Below, in pieces: positions 8,227-16,296 of a DNA stretch of 54,673 bases. Location: IMG/VR virus record IMGVR_UViG_3300009026_000012, positions 1 through 54,673 of that record, one strand, 5' to 3'. The notes under the pieces were generated by a model. The model searched no databases, was not told the DNA's origin, and saw nothing but the letters and a program-made list of their open reading frames with translations. A program made the translations under genes and the position numbers. Numbering within the stretch: the stretch's first letter is position 1; every line of letters begins with the position of its first letter. Source of the DNA: a virus. Its lineage: Duplodnaviria > Caudoviricetes.

Positions 8227-8375
8227 CCTGCGCGCTCCCCGATAAGTACGTCGCTAGGCTTAACCAAAAGGCCTATGTTTTCCACGGCCTCCTCAAAGGA
8301 CTGGAGTAGCTCTATGTCGAACACTGCTAGCTCGCCGGTGTTTTCGGTTGGTACTGTTATCGTCATAGTTGTCAT
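8208..8375 (-). CDS. Small hypothetical protein (55 aa; first gene after module 2)
   Basis: Hand translation MTTMTITVPTENTGELAVFDIELLQSFEEAVENIGLLVKPSDVLIGERAGWWRVL after the repeat RBS. Confidence 0.6.
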   Translation of the reverse strand: MTTMTITVPTENTGELAVFDIELLQSFEEAVENIGLLVKPSDVLIGERAGWWRVL

Positions 8376-8380
8376 TTTTT

Positions 8381-8821
8381 CTACTCCCGTTTCGTTGTTG
8401 TTGGAGCTATTATACCGTTGTTGGCGGGAGTGTCAACAAGTATTTTACAATCTTTTTTGATTGCGCCCACCCCCAATATGGCCGCCACTTCTCGGAGCTG
8501 CTCTACGCTAGGCGTGTCTTTTCGGTTGCCCGGCCACGAGTGTATGTACAGTTTAGTGCGCACGGCGTTGGCGATGAGCTTCGACTCTTCGTACTCTTGG
8601 TAGTCTTGCTCGTTCGCAAAAATCTGGTAGTTTGACGAGTAGCCCCACTTAGGCACCCACGAGGATATGTGCACCGGCACCGGCTCGGCACCTATACCGC
8701 GCTGCAGGTAAAAAAACTTAGTCCCTACTTTGTGTACTTCTATCGGCCCCGTAATGTGCTCGAATCCGGGCGCCCCGACGATGTAGAGGGTCTCCCCTTC
8801 TTTCGGCCTGTATGGTCTCAT
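8381..8821 (-). CDS. Hypothetical protein whose C-terminus reads through module 2
   Basis: 146-aa ORF; last ~26 codons are the promoter repeat. Confidence 0.6.
   Translation of the reverse strand: MRPYRPKEGETLYIVGAPGFEHITGPIEVHKVGTKFFYLQRGIGAEPVPVHISSWVPKWGYSSNYQIFANEQDYQEYEESKLIANAVRTKLYIHSWPGNRKDTPSVEQLREVAAILGVGAIKKDCKILVDTPANNGIIAPTTTKRE
8384..8461 (-). promoter_or_regulatory. Repeated promoter/leader/RBS module, copy 2
   Basis: TTGACA (8436-8431), 16 bp, TATAAT (8414-8409), same leader. Confidence 0.85.
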
Positions 8822-8973
8822 TGGTAAAGCCCTCTTATAAGATCCGCGTACACCCGGCCTCTAGGCCTAAAAGCGCGCTGTCTGCGGGTCGTGCGTGTTA
8901 TGTCGTTTTGTCGGGGGGTCATGGCCGCGTGCTGCTTTCGGTACGCTTTGCGCAGCTCTAGTACGTCATTCAT
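8818..8973 (-). CDS. Small basic hypothetical protein (51 aa)
   Basis: Hand translation MNDVLELRKAYRK...RGLYQ; overlaps both neighbours. Confidence 0.5.
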   Translation of the reverse strand: MNDVLELRKAYRKQHAAMTPRQNDITRTTRRQRAFRPRGRVYADLIRGLYQ

Positions 8974-9223
8974 GGCTATAAACTCCTTCGATTGTTATCG
9001 GGCGGGCTTGTGAAAGTCTGAGGCTCACCTCGTCGTGTACGGCGACCACCTCGACGGAGTACCCGTAGGGCAGACGAAGCCCGGCGAGCGCGTCCCCCAT
9101 TTCGGCCATTGCCCGGCGCGTTCCCCCGAGGCGTTGCGCTATTAGGGCGTAGCACTCCCGTGCCTCCCGTCGGCAATTTATACAGCCGCCGTACAGTATC
9201 TTGCCGTGGTGACATGTAGGCAT
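8966..9223 (-). CDS. Hypothetical protein
   Basis: 85-aa ORF, TAATG coupling, N-terminal CHH/CINC. Confidence 0.55.
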   Translation of the reverse strand: MPTCHHGKILYGGCINCRREARECYALIAQRLGGTRRAMAEMGDALAGLRLPYGYSVEVVAVHDEVSLRLSQARPITIEGVYSHE

Positions 9224-10002
9224 TAGCTCCCCCCCGCGTGTGCGGCTAAGTGGAGAAGGGCGTCTTTATATTCCTTCCATAGTTCAAGCGCGCCGTCGTC
9301 CATTTCGGCGATAACTTCGTCGGAGAGAGTCCGCCATTGGTCGAGGGTATGAACTTGGCACCCTACGCGCATCGTGTTAGGGGTGATCGTTACTGTCCAC
9401 GGAAAGCCCGTTAGAACTACTGGATTTTTTTCTAAAACGTCCCCGCTGACCTGCGCGGTGCCGTAGACCCACGCGTCCCCGCTGACCCGCGCGTCCCCGC
9501 AGACCTGCGCGTTACCGTAGACCCGCGCGTTACCGTAGACCTGCGCGTCCCCGCTGACCTGCGCGTCCCCGCTGACCCGCGCGTCCCCGCAGACCTGCGC
9601 GTTACCGTAGACCCGCGCGTTACCGTAGACCTGCGCGGTGCCGTAGACCTGCGCGTCCCCGCAGACCCACGCGTCCCCGCGAACCCACGCGTCCCCGCTG
9701 ACCTGCGCGTCCCCGTAGACCCGCGCGGTGCCGTAGACCTGCGCGTCCCCGCTGACCTGCGCGTCCCCGCTGACCTGCGCGTCCCCGCTGACCTGCGCGC
9801 CCCCGCTGACCTGCGCGCCCCCGCTGACCTGCGCGTTACCGTAGACCCACGCGTTACCGTAATGGGTCAGGTTCTCCATAGACTCCACCCATCCGCCTAA
9901 CTCGCCTTCTTTCACGTTAGCGAAGTCGATGCACGCGCGAATTCGGTGCAGGATCTTGCCAACGTGCTCTTTGGTTTCTTCTGTTAGCTCATACTTTTGC
10001 AT
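9223..10002 (-). CDS. Hexapeptide-repeat (left-handed beta-helix-like) protein
   Basis: MQKYELT...GELGGWVE N-terminus, >20 AxVxG[DN] repeats, C-terminal RVGCQVH domain; start moved to 10002. Confidence 0.8.
   Translation of the reverse strand: MQKYELTEETKEHVGKILHRIRACIDFANVKEGELGGWVESMENLTHYGNAWVYGNAQVSGGAQVSGGAQVSGDAQVSGDAQVSGDAQVYGTARVYGDAQVSGDAWVRGDAWVCGDAQVYGTAQVYGNARVYGNAQVCGDARVSGDAQVSGDAQVYGNARVYGNAQVCGDARVSGDAWVYGTAQVSGDVLEKNPVVLTGFPWTVTITPNTMRVGCQVHTLDQWRTLSDEVIAEMDDGALELWKEYKDALLHLAAHAGGS
9440..9860. repeat. Degenerate 18-bp coding tandem repeats
   Basis: Units such as gacctgcgcgtccccgct; boundaries approximate. Confidence 0.85.
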
Positions 10003-10172
10003 TAGCTCCCCCCCAGTATTGCTATTAAAAAACTCAATAAGGCGGCATAGCACGCCACAACAACGAGCGCAAACACCCCTAGCGCCCCCCTCTTGCTCAG
10101 CCCTCGCACCCGGCTGCCTGTGCCCAGCGTGAGAGCGGCGAACAGTACCAGCACCCCCACCACGGCTAACAT
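10002..10172 (-). CDS. Small two-TM membrane protein (56 aa)
   Basis: Hand translation MLAVVGVLVLFAALTLGTGSRVRGLSKRGALGVFALVVVACYAALLSFLIAILGGS; TAATG coupling. Confidence 0.55.
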   Translation of the reverse strand: MLAVVGVLVLFAALTLGTGSRVRGLSKRGALGVFALVVVACYAALLSFLIAILGGS

Positions 10173-10390
10173 GAGTTCACCAAGCGGATAGCTTCGCCCG
10201 GCCCTAACACGTGGCCGGTCTCCTCTTCAAAGGCGTGGACCACGGCGAAAAGGGCCGCCGGGCTTTGGTCGTCCAACGGTACGAAGGCCGTCACTTTTTG
10301 GGATATCTTAATCCGTAGGGGGTCGGTTAGCCGGACCTTCGCGCGCGCCTCCACTTTTCCCAAAAAGCAGAGCACTTGGTAGGTGTTCAT
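10166..10390 (-). CDS. Hypothetical protein
   Basis: 74-aa ORF, ATGA overlap. Confidence 0.55.
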   Translation of the reverse strand: MNTYQVLCFLGKVEARAKVRLTDPLRIKISQKVTAFVPLDDQSPAALFAVVHAFEEETGHVLGPGEAIRLVNSC

Positions 10391-10569
10391 GTTGCTAGCT
10401 GAGCGCGAGCCCAGCGGTGTGCGGCGGGTTTACGGGCGAACTTCCGAACGCCTAGGACCTGCTCCTCGCCACTACTGTGCAATCGCACAAAGGTGGCACG
10501 GATCTTGCCGTCGTTTTTGGATATCTTAACCACCTTAGTTTGAGTGGCTTTTCTTAATACTTCCCACAT
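10387..10569 (-). CDS. Small basic protein resembling 18277..18450
   Basis: Shared IS.N.DG....VR....GEE.V....F....AA pattern. Confidence 0.6.
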   Translation of the reverse strand: MWEVLRKATQTKVVKISKNDGKIRATFVRLHSSGEEQVLGVRKFARKPAAHRWARAQLAT

Positions 10570-10571
10570 GG

Positions 10572-10739
10572 CTACGCTCTCCAGAGATCCGCCTCGGCCT
10601 TACATTGGCCTAGCTTCTCTTCGTCGCCAATGCTGTGGAAGTGCTCCAAGCGTTGGCATAGGTTAAAAATTGCTTTTTGTTCGCGGGCGGTTTTAGACGC
10701 CGCTAAGGTTCTGAGTTCCGCGATTACTGAATATGGCAT
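10572..10739 (-). CDS. Hypothetical protein (first gene after module 3)
   Basis: MPYSVIAE start after the repeat RBS. Confidence 0.65.
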   Translation of the reverse strand: MPYSVIAELRTLAASKTAREQKAIFNLCQRLEHFHSIGDEEKLGQCKAEADLWRA

Positions 10740-10748
10740 TTTTTTCTG

Positions 10749-10829
10749 CTCCCGTTTCGTTGTTGTTGAGCTCATTGTACTATTGTTGGCGGGAGTGTCA
10801 ACAACTATTTTACAATCTTTTTTGATCGG
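10749..10829 (-). promoter_or_regulatory. Repeated promoter/leader/RBS module, copy 3
   Basis: TTGACA (10801-10796), 16 bp, TACAAT (10779-10774). Confidence 0.85.
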
Positions 10830-11229
10830 CATAAATATCTGGGGTCCAGCCGCTCCGTGGGGACCTGCGCTCCAGCATGTAGAAGATACGCTTAGCGGCA
10901 CCCCTTGGGGTGTTGTCTTTCTGGCGCCAAGTATCCGAAAAGCACCAAAGCCATTCAGTGGAGTGCCCCGGAAGGCCGAAAGCCTCTAGGGAGTACGAAT
11001 ACCACCCGGCCACGTTGTCGGATGGCTTAACCCCCGCAGCAGGGCCGTGGCCCAGCGCACACGCTACGGTGCCACAGCCCCCGGGTCTTTGTGCGTTTTG
11101 CGGGGGGCAGTGCCCTATAGGGTCCGGTCCATCGAAAAAGGTCTCCATATCGAAGTGGGTATAGTCCTCGGGCAAGTCCCACAAATAGCGGGCTAGCTTT
11201 AAAAGGTTCTCTCTGTGCTTTGCTTCCAT
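10810..11229 (-). CDS. CGTVAC-motif protein, paralog 2
   Basis: Same conserved blocks as paralogs 1 and 3; AGGAG RBS. Confidence 0.85.
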   Translation of the reverse strand: MEAKHRENLLKLARYLWDLPEDYTHFDMETFFDGPDPIGHCPPQNAQRPGGCGTVACALGHGPAAGVKPSDNVAGWYSYSLEAFGLPGHSTEWLWCFSDTWRQKDNTPRGAAKRIFYMLERRSPRSGWTPDIYADQKRL

Positions 11230-11247
11230 TGTCTTGCTCCTGTTTCG

Positions 11248-11463
11248 TTAGTAGCGCACCATAGGCGCGCCTAAAAAGTTGACGATATCCCCGCGCACTT
11301 TCACCCGTAGGAGCCCGCGCATACGGAGCCGCTGCAGTTCGCGCAACGCTTGCCCCTTCGCAGCCCGCTCTATGAGAGTGTGGCCGGTATCCTCAATCGG
11401 TTGGAACGCCCGTTCCACTTTACGCGATATAGGCCCCCCGAATTTTAGCTCCTCGTTTATCAT
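11248..11463 (-). CDS. Hypothetical protein
   Basis: Start moved to MINEELK; ATGA overlap. Confidence 0.5.
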   Translation of the reverse strand: MINEELKFGGPISRKVERAFQPIEDTGHTLIERAAKGQALRELQRLRMRGLLRVKVRGDIVNFLGAPMVRY

Positions 11464-11726
11464 GCTGGGCCCCCCGCCATCAGCCACAGTTGTGTTAAAA
11501 GCTCGTTTGCGGGTTGCCGCTGCATACTGCGGAACACCCGCCCGTCCAGCCTCCACACGATACTCTCGTCGCGGGTGTCCGCGCTTCTAGCTCCCGGCGG
11601 CGTGTTGTCGGGGTGGAGCGCTCGGCTCCAGAAAAGCGCCTCGCATTTTCGGACGAAAGCCGCCGCCCTACTGGACCCCGGGGATATGCCCTCGATACGG
11701 ATCTCTAGGTCTCTTAAGTGTGCCAT
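11460..11726 (-). CDS. Hypothetical protein
   Basis: 88-aa ORF, GGGAGG RBS. Confidence 0.6.
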   Translation of the reverse strand: MAHLRDLEIRIEGISPGSSRAAAFVRKCEALFWSRALHPDNTPPGARSADTRDESIVWRLDGRVFRSMQRQPANELLTQLWLMAGGPA

Positions 11727-11747
11727 TGTCCCCCTCCCGGGGCGCGA

Positions 11748-11996
11748 CTAGCGCGCTATTGCTTGGGCTAAGTATTTAAAAAAGTGCATGACGTCCCCGT
11801 TCTTAAAATCAATCATTACTAGGGTTTTTCTGATCTGGTCTTGTTCGTGCTTTGGAGCTATAAGGATGTGCTCTACGACCGTTTCTAGTGTCATAAAATT
11901 AGTCCCGCTAGGGCCTTCTACGATGATCTCCGAGCCCATGCTTATGCCGTCCTTCTCTTCGATCAAGTTATTTAGGTATGTAGAAATGTTGCTCAT
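11748..11996 (-). CDS. Hypothetical protein (first gene after module 4)
   Basis: MSNISTYL start after the repeat RBS. Confidence 0.7.
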   Translation of the reverse strand: MSNISTYLNNLIEEKDGISMGSEIIVEGPSGTNFMTLETVVEHILIAPKHEQDQIRKTLVMIDFKNGDVMHFFKYLAQAIAR

Positions 11997-12068
11997 TGTC
12001 GTGCTCCCGTTTCGTTGTTGTTGAGCCCATTGTACTCTTGTTGGCGGTAGTGTCAACAACTATTTTAC
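11997..12068 (-). promoter_or_regulatory. Repeated promoter/leader/RBS module, copy 4
   Basis: TTGACA (12056-12051), 16 bp, TACAAT (12034-12029). Confidence 0.85.
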
Positions 12069-12424
12069 TCTGGCACGTAAAGTTTGTCGTGCGGCGGGAG
12101 TAGGAGCTCTCCGTTCTCGTCAACCTCAATAAGGAACAGCTGGTCCTTTTCGGTAAACGCCGCACGTATTCGGAGGATCTTTTCGTGTGTCGTGGGGGTG
12201 AAGCTAAATACTCTTAGCGTCTTGGTCTCGCGAAAACGGCCGCCCCCTATGTGCTCTAGCATGTATATGCCTAGAGTATACCGACGGGCCTCCATTTTCG
12301 CTAAGTCCGCCTTTAGTGCTGCGATCTCAGCGAGTAGGGCCGTGGTCTCCCGGTCGTGTCTTTCTATCATTTTGAAAAGTTCCGCTTCGTTCTCTTTCAC
12401 TAACTTAACTATTTGGTCTTGCAT
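12065..12424 (-). CDS. Hypothetical protein with N-terminal coiled coil (single-gene cassette between modules 5 and 4)
   Basis: MQDQIVKL start after the repeat RBS; its TAA lies within module 4. Confidence 0.7.
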   Translation of the reverse strand: MQDQIVKLVKENEAELFKMIERHDRETTALLAEIAALKADLAKMEARRYTLGIYMLEHIGGGRFRETKTLRVFSFTPTTHEKILRIRAAFTEKDQLFLIEVDENGELLLPPHDKLYVPE

Positions 12425-12431
12425 GGCCTTG

Positions 12432-12497
12432 CTCCCGTTTCGTTGTTGTTGAGTTAATTGTACTCTTGTTGGCGGGGGTGTCAACAAGTATTTTACA
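12432..12497 (-). promoter_or_regulatory. Repeated promoter/leader/RBS module, copy 5
   Basis: TTGACA (12484-12479), 16 bp, TACAAT (12462-12457). Confidence 0.85.
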
Positions 12498-12558
12498 GTG
12501 TTAAAGCCGAGCCACAGGCTCCCTCCCCGCAGTTAAGCGGCGTCTAGTGAGTAAGGAC

Positions 12559-12598
12559 ATTGTACTCTTGTTGGCGGTGGTGTCAACAAATATTTTAC
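12559..12598 (-). promoter_or_regulatory. Repeated promoter module, copy 6 (no leader/RBS)
   Basis: TTGACA (12586-12581), 16 bp, TACAAT (12564-12559). Confidence 0.8.
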
Positions 12599-12604
12599 GC
12601 ACAT

Positions 12605-12634
12605 AAAAAAAGCGGCTTTTTAGGGCCGCCTTTT
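12605..12634 (-). terminator. Intrinsic terminator
   Basis: Minus strand AGGCGGC-CCTAAAAA-GCCGCTT followed by T run, just downstream of 12654..13079. Confidence 0.75.
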
Positions 12635-12653
12635 CGTCGTTCCCCGCAGGGTG

Positions 12654-13079
12654 CTACCTGTTGCGCAGGTAGGCCACTATTGCGGTTATGAGCTCCACGA
12701 CGGGAAACCCCCAACGAACGCCGATATAGTAAACCCATGCGCGAGTCTTGCCCATGCCATAGCGGCGAGCGGTGTCTCTCATAATGCGGTCATATATGCG
12801 ACGGTTCGAACGAGGCAAGATACCAAGCTCCATGAGCTGGTATAACCCATCATGGACGCCGGAACCTTCTAGGAACTGGTCGTCCGGGACGTAGTTCGCC
12901 CCGTTCCACGCGTAGCGTGGCGCGAGCATGATTTGCTTAGGCGTTACGTATACGAACTCGTTACCCGCTGCCTCCAGCCCGTGAGGGAGGGGGTTCTCGG
13001 ATAGCGTTACCCGGAAAGGCTTGTCTATAATCAAATAACGGTACTTTCCAGACTGTAGTTGTAAGCGTAAAGGCTGCAT
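12654..13079 (-). CDS. DUF1353-like protein
   Basis: Y.WNGA...S.VHD.LY...D...RA..YY.GVR.G pattern. Confidence 0.6.
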   Translation of the reverse strand: MQPLRLQLQSGKYRYLIIDKPFRVTLSENPLPHGLEAAGNEFVYVTPKQIMLAPRYAWNGANYVPDDQFLEGSGVHDGLYQLMELGILPRSNRRIYDRIMRDTARRYGMGKTRAWVYYIGVRWGFPVVELITAIVAYLRNR

Positions 13080-13080
13080 G

Positions 13081-13875
13081 TTACTGCTCTCGGTTGTGCG
13101 GACTTAACTGCCTAGGGCTTCCCCCGCCATTGTGGGGGGCCATGTGCCCTAAGCGCTCCGCCGCTTCATTGTGCACGAACCCGGCACACGTTGTCCATAG
13201 CTCGTCATTACCCTCTGCACTTTCCACGTACTTGTGGAGCTCCATGCAAATGAAGGCCATGTCCGCTCGATAACGGACACGGTCTTGAGTATTGCGGTCC
13301 TCCAGCTTTTCAACCTCGAACCTCATAGCACGGTCTACCCGGCGCCCGGAGCGGAAAAAATCCCAAGGAATAGCTACGCCTAGCTGCACGGAGTTAGTGC
13401 GGCCTAGGACGTCGTTGTCATCCGTTTGGCCCTGTACGTAAAAAGTGCTTATGCTCTTACTCGCCGAGCCTACCCGGGTCTCGCCAAAGCGAACCCCCCG
13501 GAACTGAGTGCGCTCGATGTGGTTGACTACATTTCTATTTGACGTGTCAACAGTAGCCCCGCGCATAGTGGAAAGATCAATATCATTGTTGACGCTAGGG
13601 GCGTCGATATCAATGCCCACGTTAGCCACAGAATTACCGCTATTATTGACTTCCGAGGCTCCTCCAGCACCCCCCGCGCCACCCAGCGCCGTAGCGTTAG
13701 ACAGTGCTCCCGCACTAGCGTTAGAACTGGAATTTGAATTCGCAATAGCTTGGACATCGATATCGGTCTCCTCTTTAGGCTCCGGGCAATTGCCGTGATG
13801 CTGGCACCCAGTAGCGTGGGTTAGCCCTGCGAAGCAGAGCGCAAAAAGTAAAGTAAAAATGTGTAGCAGTTTCAT
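13081..13875 (-). CDS. Putative exported protein
   Basis: Signal-peptide-like MKLLHIFTLLFALCFAGLTHA; Ser/Asn/Gly-rich linker. Confidence 0.6.
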   Translation of the reverse strand: MKLLHIFTLLFALCFAGLTHATGCQHHGNCPEPKEETDIDVQAIANSNSSSNASAGALSNATALGGAGGAGGASEVNNSGNSVANVGIDIDAPSVNNDIDLSTMRGATVDTSNRNVVNHIERTQFRGVRFGETRVGSASKSISTFYVQGQTDDNDVLGRTNSVQLGVAIPWDFFRSGRRVDRAMRFEVEKLEDRNTQDRVRYRADMAFICMELHKYVESAEGNDELWTTCAGFVHNEAAERLGHMAPHNGGGSPRQLSPHNREQ

Positions 13876-13890
13876 GGTTGTAGTCCTTTT

Positions 13891-14193
13891 TTAGTGTGTT
13901 TTGTTAGCGCGTTGTGCGGTGCATCTTGGGCAGTCGCAAAGCTCCGCGTTGCGTATTAGTTCCGCGAGGAGCTCCCCGGGCGTGGTGGCCTTTTTCTCCG
14001 GCTCTGGAGGTTTGGCCGCTTCGCGTATCTGCTCTGCGGCCTTTTCTAGCGCGAGTACGAGTGCGCGCTCCCCCCCGACGGCTATCACGTCCGCAAGGAG
14101 CCTGCTGTCTATCTGCATTTCTAGCCCTAGCTCTATGCCGCCTCTTTCCACCTTCGAGGAGGTTCGTTTGATCTCTAAAATTGTGTTGCCCAT
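13891..14193 (-). CDS. Hypothetical protein with C-terminal CDCPRC
   Basis: MGNTILE start after CAACAAGAACGGGAG, a degenerate copy of the repeat leader. Confidence 0.65.
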   Translation of the reverse strand: MGNTILEIKRTSSKVERGGIELGLEMQIDSRLLADVIAVGGERALVLALEKAAEQIREAAKPPEPEKKATTPGELLAELIRNAELCDCPRCTAQRANKTH

Positions 14194-14228
14194 GGTGTTG
14201 CTCCCGTTCTTGTTGGTTGGTTGAAAAC

Positions 14229-14768
14229 TTAGTCCCCGCTCCTCACGGCTCTGGGGGTGCTGCGTAACGACACGCCCCGGGCGGCGAACCACCAAGAGAA
14301 AGCCATAACGGCGAGAAATATAATTTGGTGCGTGGTGTATGAGTAGAGCGTCATTAGCTCGGCCACAGGTAGGGATGTGACACCCCCGACGAGTCGGCCT
14401 ATAACGAAGTGTATCCAAAAGGCATACCCTACAGATATCACGGTTAACAGTGGGCGGACCCATGACTTAGCCGCGTCCATTTTGCTACCGCCGTCCGTTA
14501 GGGATGCGACGAAGCCCTCCGCCTCTTTTAGATCAATGGCGACGTTTCCCTCGGCCTCGGCTAGGTCGATGTTTTTATCCACCATCAAAACTTGCTGTTG
14601 ATGCTCTAGCGCTAGCTCTTGGAGATCTAGGGCGCGCATAGCGGCTTTGTGATCGTTGTCTATTTTACGTTGGCGCGAGTCCTGCCACTTTGTGACAATC
14701 CCGCAGGCGCCTCCTATGATGGCCCCAAAGCCACCCGTCCCCATGAGGGACATGATTGTGTCCAGCAT
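14229..14768 (-). CDS. Putative holin (3-TM/GTA-holin-like)
   Basis: N-terminal Gly-rich TM, coiled coil, SWVRPLLT TM and C-terminal WWFxxR motif. Confidence 0.6.
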   Translation of the reverse strand: MLDTIMSLMGTGGFGAIIGGACGIVTKWQDSRQRKIDNDHKAAMRALDLQELALEHQQQVLMVDKNIDLAEAEGNVAIDLKEAEGFVASLTDGGSKMDAAKSWVRPLLTVISVGYAFWIHFVIGRLVGGVTSLPVAELMTLYSYTTHQIIFLAVMAFSWWFAARGVSLRSTPRAVRSGD

Positions 14769-14769
14769 A

Positions 14770-15180
14770 TTAGTGTTCTCCGCTTTGCGTATGTGAGGGG
14801 GCCGCTTGTATGGGCCTGCAGTGCCCACAGCCCGGCGTTTCCATTCTAGGGGTCCAGCACTTAGAGCACACACCGTCGGCATCCCACAGCCCCGGGAATA
14901 GCTCCGGGTTATACGGGAAGCCAGCATCCCCTTCGGAAGCTATTCGGAGCGCCACGCACGCCACCTGAATGGCTTCGGCTCGGACGCTTAGGTCCGTGGC
15001 GCCCTTTTCGGGCTCGTGTTTTTGGTGGAGTAGCGCCTGTGCCAACTCCCCAACCTCCTCGGCTAGGGCGGCTAGCAAGTCCTCGTTTTTTGGGAATTTG
15101 GCCCTAGCTAGGCCCAACTCCCTAAAAAGATCGACCGCCGCTAATTGTGTTAAGCGCTCCAGCTTTTTACTTTCTGGCAT
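14770..15180 (-). CDS. MazG-like nucleotide pyrophosphohydrolase with C-terminal Cys motifs
   Basis: LAEEVGELAQAL...EAIQVACVALRI (ExxE...ExxQ). Confidence 0.65.
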   Translation of the reverse strand: MPESKKLERLTQLAAVDLFRELGLARAKFPKNEDLLAALAEEVGELAQALLHQKHEPEKGATDLSVRAEAIQVACVALRIASEGDAGFPYNPELFPGLWDADGVCSKCWTPRMETPGCGHCRPIQAAPSHTQSGEH

Positions 15181-15181
15181 A

Positions 15182-15586
15182 TCAATGTTCTCCGAAGATA
15201 TTCAACTCGAAAGGCCCGCGAGCGGATAGCTCTCGGAGTTTTACTAGGGCGGACATGCTACTCAAAACCGCCGCCGCGCCCCCCAATTTTCCGGGCCTAA
15301 GCCCTACAAGTATGCACCCCTTAGTATGTTCTACTAGGTTACCGTTGTGGACGAGAATACCCCCCCTATCCGGTACGGCTAAAATGTGCCAAACATCCCG
15401 ATACTTACCGGAAGCGCTGGACTTGATAAAAACCGCTTGGTACTTCCCGGCGGGTATACACGAAACATTGCGCGCGTTGTCTTTCCATGGGCGCTCCAGC
15501 GTGTACAGGACCTCTCCCCCAATGAAGAGGGCCCCACGCGTGTAGCTGGGGCAGCCTGCGTACCTAAGAAGTGACGCTTTTAGCAT
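15182..15586 (-). CDS. DUF5675-family protein, candidate endolysin
   Basis: TLERPW..N....SCIPAG.Y...ILVH.GN....T.GCILVG. Confidence 0.75.
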   Translation of the reverse strand: MLKASLLRYAGCPSYTRGALFIGGEVLYTLERPWKDNARNVSCIPAGKYQAVFIKSSASGKYRDVWHILAVPDRGGILVHNGNLVEHTKGCILVGLRPGKLGGAAAVLSSMSALVKLRELSARGPFELNIFGEH

Positions 15587-15974
15587 CGTCCGCCTCGGCC
15601 TTTTCTGCGGCTTTTAGCGCTTTCCGGTAGTGTGTTAGAGCATTAGATAAGGTCTGCACATCCGCGCGGGTGGCGTCTAAAGCCTCCCGGTTACGCGCCA
15701 CGGCGTCGGAGAGCGCATCCTTAGCCATGTAGGGAGCGTTATACTCCGCCACGTGGTTGCGGATGGCTTCGTCTAGCGCCGCCCTAACGCTGGGGAAGTC
15801 CTTAGACTTGGCGTGTTGGTCCGAATGTAGGACCTCTCCCCGGTGCACTAAAACGCCGCACGCTCCGCCCTCGGCCGCTTGGTCTTTGTGAAAGCGGAAC
15901 GCTTGCTCTAAAAAATCGAGGCGTATGCGGTCCTGCTGTAGTCGGTCTATCTCGTCTTGGCTTAATTGTTGCAT
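15564..15974 (-). CDS. Hypothetical protein
   Basis: 136-aa ORF, AGGAG RBS, DRIRLDFLE motif. Confidence 0.65.
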   Translation of the reverse strand: MQQLSQDEIDRLQQDRIRLDFLEQAFRFHKDQAAEGGACGVLVHRGEVLHSDQHAKSKDFPSVRAALDEAIRNHVAEYNAPYMAKDALSDAVARNREALDATRADVQTLSNALTHYRKALKAAEKAEADDAKSVTS

Positions 15975-15984
15975 GTGTTGGCTC

Positions 15985-16296
15985 CTAAAGCGCTCGCAAT
16001 ACGCGCGCGCGCAGTTTTGGGGGAATCGACTCTATAGCCGGGTGGCGCGTGGCTATTGCCTCGGCTAATACGGCTAGGTTCTCCTCCTCGATAGCGAACT
16101 CGACCACAGCGGTGCGGAGGCCGTCCATGTCGCCGAAATAGTGGTTTATGCTCCCGTTTGCGGCTTTGCTTTTCTCCGCCACGGTATTGCGTTTCATGTT
16201 CTGGAGCCCGACATTCTCCGCTAGTGCTAGCGCGGCCGTGAGTATCTCGCGGCTACGGGCTTCCGGTTTTAACCGTCGTATCTTTCGCTCGGTCAT
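15985..16296 (-). CDS. TetR-like HTH transcriptional regulator
   Basis: REILTAA..LA...G.....R..VA.......GSINHYF; start moved to MTERK. Confidence 0.75.
   Translation of the reverse strand: MTERKIRRLKPEARSREILTAALALAENVGLQNMKRNTVAEKSKAANGSINHYFGDMDGLRTAVVEFAIEEENLAVLAEAIATRHPAIESIPPKLRARVLRAL

Noticed and set aside
6651-12598. Repeated elements as a CRISPR array
   Set aside because: Spacing is irregular (about 60 bp to over 2 kb), intervening DNA is genes, repeats are promoter/RBS sequences, and there is no cas operon
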